Source of the DNA: Promethearchaeota archaeon
GTDB taxonomy: Archaea > Asgardarchaeota > Hermodarchaeia > Hermodarchaeales > Hermodarchaeaceae
Length of the DNA stretch: 32,000 bases
NCBI GenBank assembly: GCA_048938295.1
Contig: JBHLMI010000002.1
Coordinates: 107,541-139,540 of the forward strand
Direction of reading: 5' to 3'
Position 1 is the first letter of the stretch, and each line of letters starts with the position of its first letter. The position numbers and the translations under genes are program-made. Of this stretch, positions 28,571 through 32,000 are shown piece after piece. The notes under the pieces are model-generated. The model searched no databases. It saw only the letters and a list, made by a program, of their open reading frames with translations, and was not told where the DNA came from.

Positions 28571-28810
28571 ATTTTTTTGTTTAAAACCTATACTTTATTA
28601 TTATTTTTTTATCTAAAATTATTATATTAGTTTTTATAACATCAGATAAGTCCTCTAAATCATTGTTTAAGTTAATTATAAAATATTATTTTATAGACCA
28701 AATCTGTATTATTTATCGTATTGTAAAAACTAATTATTTTATTTATAGAAATAATTATAATTAAACATAAAAATAATATTATATTTTAGACAGATATTGT
28801 AATAAAGTTT
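28571..28810. other. Extremely AT-rich intergenic tract (candidate DNA-unwinding element)
   Basis: Hand count of 32 G+C in 240 nt (about 87% AT), against about 48-53% GC in the flanking genes counted. Contains palindromes at 28677-28695 and 28752-28763. Confidence 0.6.
28592..28808. repeat. Imperfect ~45-bp inverted repeat bracketing the AT-rich tract (arms 28592-28637 and 28767-28808)
   Basis: Blocks ACTTTATTA, TCTAAAAT, ATATTA and TTTTTAT on the left match the reverse complements TAATAAAGT, ATTTTAGA, TAATAT and ATAAAAA on the right, in colinear order. Confidence 0.4.
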
Positions 28811-28876
28811 TAGCCCCAAGATTCTTCTTGTGTTAGGCGTTTATGCTTTTTATCCAAGGTCTTTTGCGCATTAATG

Positions 28877-29482
28877 CTATTCGAGGGCTGCAAGAAATTC
28901 TTTAGTTTCTTCACCATCTTCTACCAGGATGATGTCCTGAGCACCAGCTCTTTCGTAGTCATAGCGTCGTGCGATGAGCATGGCATGGAATTTTTCGCGT
29001 CCGGAGGAAGTGCTGCCACGCCAGATGTAGATCTGGTCGAAGGTGTCGAGGATGTAGACATCATCGGATTTGAGGCTTTCTTTGGAACGAGGGACCTCGA
29101 TGAAGAGGTGGACGCCACCGACGATGTTGAGCCGGAAGAGTTTGAATTCGTGTTTTTCTAAGACGACTTTTTTAAGGATGCCTTCGGTGTCTTGATCCGT
29201 GATGTTGATTTTTCCGTCGAAGAGCTCGAGGAACTCGGGTGGTTCTCTACGAGCTTCGACGGTGACAAGGCGTGCGGCGCCTTTTCGGTCTTGGTCGCGC
29301 CAGACCGAGGTGACAGCGCCGATAAAGCGTTCATCAACAGATGCAGTGCTACCACACCAGAGATAGATAACGGGACCAGTATCTATGAGGTAGCAGTCAC
29401 CATCGCCGAAGTCGTTGATCATATTTTCTGGCACCTTCAGCAGGTGCCCTCGCTGGATGTGGTATTTTATAAAATCAGTCAT
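28877..29482 (-). CDS. Two-domain gelsolin (Asgard 2DGel, actin regulator; eukaryotic signature protein)
   Basis: Two gelsolin repeats: GDCYLID..IYLWCG..ASVDE..EPPEFLELF and SDDVYILD..IYIWRG..SSGREK..VEDGEE..EFL; linker DTEGILKKV is WH2-like. Confidence 0.88.
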   Translation of the reverse strand: MTDFIKYHIQRGHLLKVPENMINDFGDGDCYLIDTGPVIYLWCGSTASVDERFIGAVTSVWRDQDRKGAARLVTVEARREPPEFLELFDGKINITDQDTEGILKKVVLEKHEFKLFRLNIVGGVHLFIEVPRSKESLKSDDVYILDTFDQIYIWRGSTSSGREKFHAMLIARRYDYERAGAQDIILVEDGEETKEFLAALE

Positions 29483-29622
29483 ATTTCATTCCACCATACG
29501 AACCTGGCTTGGACAAAGAAAAGTTGTCCGCAGCTTCTTACCTAGAATGAATTCAGATATTGGGTTTTTAATCTTCCTTCGAATCTGTTTGAATTTCCTT
29601 TTAGCGTGGGAATTCTTCAGTA

Positions 29623-30819
29623 TTAGATAATGTTGAGTTCCTTGCCAACTTTTTCGAAAGCTGTTATTGCACCATTCAAATCGTCCTTTGTTAATGCTGA
29701 GTTCATTATAACACGGATTCGGGCTTGGCCACGGGCGACCATAGGATAAACAATTGGTAGGGCGAAGACACCTTCTTCAAAAAGACGGACACTAAACTTT
29801 TGTGCATCATCGCTTTCACCGATCATTACTGGAATGATTGGGGTTTCGCTCATTCCGGTGTTAAACCCGAAATCGTGCATCGATTTGATGAAGTATTCGC
29901 GATTCTTCCAGAGGTTTTCGACATGTTTAGATTCGGTTTCAAGAACGTCAATGGCAGCGATACAAGCAGCAGCGACAGGTGGGGGGTGGGAGCCACTGAG
30001 GAGCCAGGTGCGGGATTTGTTGTACGCAAACTTGCGAAGGTATTCGCTGCCTGACACATGGCCTCCAACGACACCGAAGGCTTTACTAAAGGTGCCCATT
30101 TCTACATGGACGTCTTTGTGGGTGAGATTGAAGTGGGAGACAATACCTCGTCCGCCTTTACCAAGAACAGCTTCGCCGTGGGCATCATCAACGTATATCA
30201 TGGCACCATGGGATTCGCTGATTTTCACGATTTGATTAAGGGGTGCGATGTCACCATCCATGCTGAATACGCCATCGGTGATGACTAGGATGCGATTGTA
30301 CGCGGGTTTGTGTTTTTCTGCTTCATCAAGAACTCGTCCGAGGTCCGGAACATTGGTGTGCTTGTAGATTGCTCTTTCAGCACGGGTAAGGCGGACACCG
30401 TCGATGATGGAACCGTGGTTGAGCTCATCGCTGATGATGATGTCACCTTTACCAGCAAGTTGGGGAATGAGTCCGGCGTTAGCGGCAAAGCCGGTCTGGT
30501 AGACAAGGCTGGCTTCAGCACCTTTGAATTTAGCGAGACGCCGTTCGAGCTCTTCGTGAAGGTCCATGTTACCGGCGATTGGGCGAACGCTGCCACTGCC
30601 AACGCCATGGGTTTTGATGGCATCGATGGCGGCTTGTTTGAGTTTGGGGTGATTGCTTAATCCGAGGTAATTGTTACTGCAGAGCATGATGACTTCTTTA
30701 CCATCCACCATGGCTCTTGGGGAGCTGGGGCCTTGGAGTTCACGGAGCCTCCAGTCAAGGGCTTGTTTGACCAGCTCGTCATATTCTTCTTTCAGAAAAG
30801 CGGTTGGGTCGCGAGTCAT
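29623..30819 (-). CDS. kbl: Glycine C-acetyltransferase (2-amino-3-ketobutyrate CoA ligase; AOS/BioF family, PLP)
   Basis: CSNNYLGL, GSGSVR, SDELNHGSIIDG, TDGVFSMDGD, VDDAHG, GTFSKAFG, ARIR; ATG at 30819. Confidence 0.82.
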   Translation of the reverse strand: MTRDPTAFLKEEYDELVKQALDWRLRELQGPSSPRAMVDGKEVIMLCSNNYLGLSNHPKLKQAAIDAIKTHGVGSGSVRPIAGNMDLHEELERRLAKFKGAEASLVYQTGFAANAGLIPQLAGKGDIIISDELNHGSIIDGVRLTRAERAIYKHTNVPDLGRVLDEAEKHKPAYNRILVITDGVFSMDGDIAPLNQIVKISESHGAMIYVDDAHGEAVLGKGGRGIVSHFNLTHKDVHVEMGTFSKAFGVVGGHVSGSEYLRKFAYNKSRTWLLSGSHPPPVAAACIAAIDVLETESKHVENLWKNREYFIKSMHDFGFNTGMSETPIIPVMIGESDDAQKFSVRLFEEGVFALPIVYPMVARGQARIRVIMNSALTKDDLNGAITAFEKVGKELNII

Positions 30820-31017
30820 TTTATTACACACCTTGGGTTCAAATCTACCTTGGGACTTTTAAAGTATTTCAGAATTCCATGAATCGCTTAGAGGCAAGAA
30901 TTTGCTTTCTACAGTTAAGAAAAAATATGTGGTGAAGACGAAATAGGGAAAAATCGAACTTGCCGGCTACCATATATCTATATTGGGTGCTTTCGGGAGT
31001 TCGACAAGGTAGTTTCT

Positions 31018-31377
31018 ATGACTCTTAATAACATCAACATTGTGTTGTATGTTCGATCTTTTTCCGCTACATCACGACCTATGATCGATCGAGAGACAAC
31101 TTCATTTTCTTGTACTTGCACGCGGTCATATTGGGATTCTCTAAAATCCGACATTGCTGGATCAGCTGGCAGGTTCTTATCAACAGAAGACCAACGGGCT
31201 TTACTCATCCTGGATGATCTTACCAAGAATCATGACGTAAGTGCAAAGATTATTGATGTAGGTGCAAGCATTCTAAAACGTTTGAAATTTGTGTTGAAGG
31301 GTATTTCACGAACGCCCAAATTCGTGGTAAACGGAAAAGAGATTACGGGGGTTACACACGCCCAGCAGCTAGTTTGA
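31018..31377 (+). CDS. Hypothetical protein with probable thioredoxin/glutaredoxin-like fold
   Basis: IVLYVR N-terminal strand, IIDV, RTPKFVVNGKEITG (cis-Pro-like TP..vNG); CTC motif rather than CxxC. Confidence 0.5.
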   Translation: MTLNNINIVLYVRSFSATSRPMIDRETTSFSCTCTRSYWDSLKSDIAGSAGRFLSTEDQRALLILDDLTKNHDVSAKIIDVGASILKRLKFVLKGISRTPKFVVNGKEITGVTHAQQLV

Positions 31378-31498
31378 AGTATTTGATATTTATCAACTCT
31401 GTAATCCACTCCTATAGAAAAAAACAAGATTTCAGTACATCTAAGACTTTAGAGCATAAGGCTTTAGACTCCCAAATTCAGTTCTTACTTTGACGAAT

Positions 31499-32000
31499 AT
31501 GCGTGAGCCAGCGGGAACCCCCTCATCTCGTGTCGATTTTGGCCATGTTGCGGGGGACTATGAAGCCACACGGGGTATCCCTGATGCCTTTATGGAAGCA
31601 CTGATAACAGATGTTATCAACACTTGCGAGCTAACTTCGACTGACCTTGTGTTAGAATTGGGGTGTGGTGCTGGTCGGTTTCTGCGAGCATTAGCTAGTC
31701 GTAAAATTCCTGTTCTGGGTGTTGATGTTTCTCGAGGAATGCTTGAAATGGCCTGCAACAGCCAGCATTCCTCGAAATTTCTTCGTTCTAATCTTGCCTT
31801 CGGGGATGCGGCTGCGATCCCACTGAATCATGGGCTTTTCAGAGCCATTTTAGCGATTCATCTCTTCCATCTGATGGCCGATTGGAAGGAAGCCTTATCT
31901 GAAACAGTTCATGTGCTACGGGCTGGAGGCACCATCATCACAGGGTATGTCGGGGCACTCACATATCAGTCGAAGCTGAATCTACTTTACCGAAAACGCC
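31499..32000 (+). CDS. Class I SAM-dependent methyltransferase (runs off window; absent from ORF track)
   Basis: Manual translation MREPAG...VLELGCGAGRF...GVDVSRGML...GDAAAIP...LFHLMADW...VLRAGG. Confidence 0.85.
   Translation, partial: MREPAGTPSSRVDFGHVAGDYEATRGIPDAFMEALITDVINTCELTSTDLVLELGCGAGRFLRALASRKIPVLGVDVSRGMLEMACNSQHSSKFLRSNLAFGDAAAIPLNHGLFRAILAIHLFHLMADWKEALSETVHVLRAGGTIITGYVGALTYQSKLNLLYRKR

Noticed and set aside
29511-29529. GGACAA-N7-TTGTCC hairpin in the gelsolin 5-prime region
   Set aside because: A 6-bp stem is within chance expectation.
28874-30660. Several plus-strand ORFs overlapping gelsolin and kbl
   Set aside because: They are antisense shadows caused by the NNC codon bias of the real minus-strand genes and have no protein motifs.
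29623-30819. AOS-family enzyme as serine palmitoyltransferase (sphingolipid-like)
   Set aside because: The motifs and length fit Kbl/BioF, and there is no lipid-pathway context.
30832-30860. GGGTTCAAATC resembling a tRNA T-loop, with an ACCTTGGG direct repeat
   Set aside because: The T-stem does not pair and no acceptor, D or anticodon arms can be built.
1-32000. CRISPR arrays, IS elements, rRNA/tRNA, selenoprotein TGA read-through
   Set aside because: I saw no periodic repeats, transposase motifs, structural RNA signatures or in-frame TGA at catalytic Cys positions on manual reading.

Overview
Archaeal chromosomal DNA, most likely from an Asgard archaeon. The evidence is a two-domain gelsolin gene, archaeal thiolase/DUF35 pairs and GGTGA/AGGAG-type RBSs; Hermodarchaeia is a plausible but unproven lineage. 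Bases 1-22.6 kb form an anaerobic aromatic-acid (benzoyl-CoA) catabolic region. It holds the Azoarcus-type class I benzoyl-CoA reductase bzdNOPQ, ferredoxin bzdM, a truncated bzdV-like oxidoreductase, and Dch, Had and Oah in separate transcription units. It also holds a tungsten AOR-family enzyme lacking the canonical catalytic Glu with MoaD, Fe-S and FAD partners, beta-oxidation genes, an acyl-CoA ligase, an AksA-like synthase and an F420-type LLM oxidoreductase. Bases 22.9-32 kb look like core genome: a tandem pair of paralogous coiled-coil/winged-helix proteins, an orphan CTAG-type m4C methyltransferase, a PfkB kinase, a USP, a 240-bp 87% AT tract coinciding with a local GC-skew inversion (candidate replication origin), 2DGel gelsolin, kbl and a partial SAM methyltransferase. 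No rRNA, tRNA, CRISPR or mobile-element gene was recognised. All family assignments come from motif recognition, not database searches.
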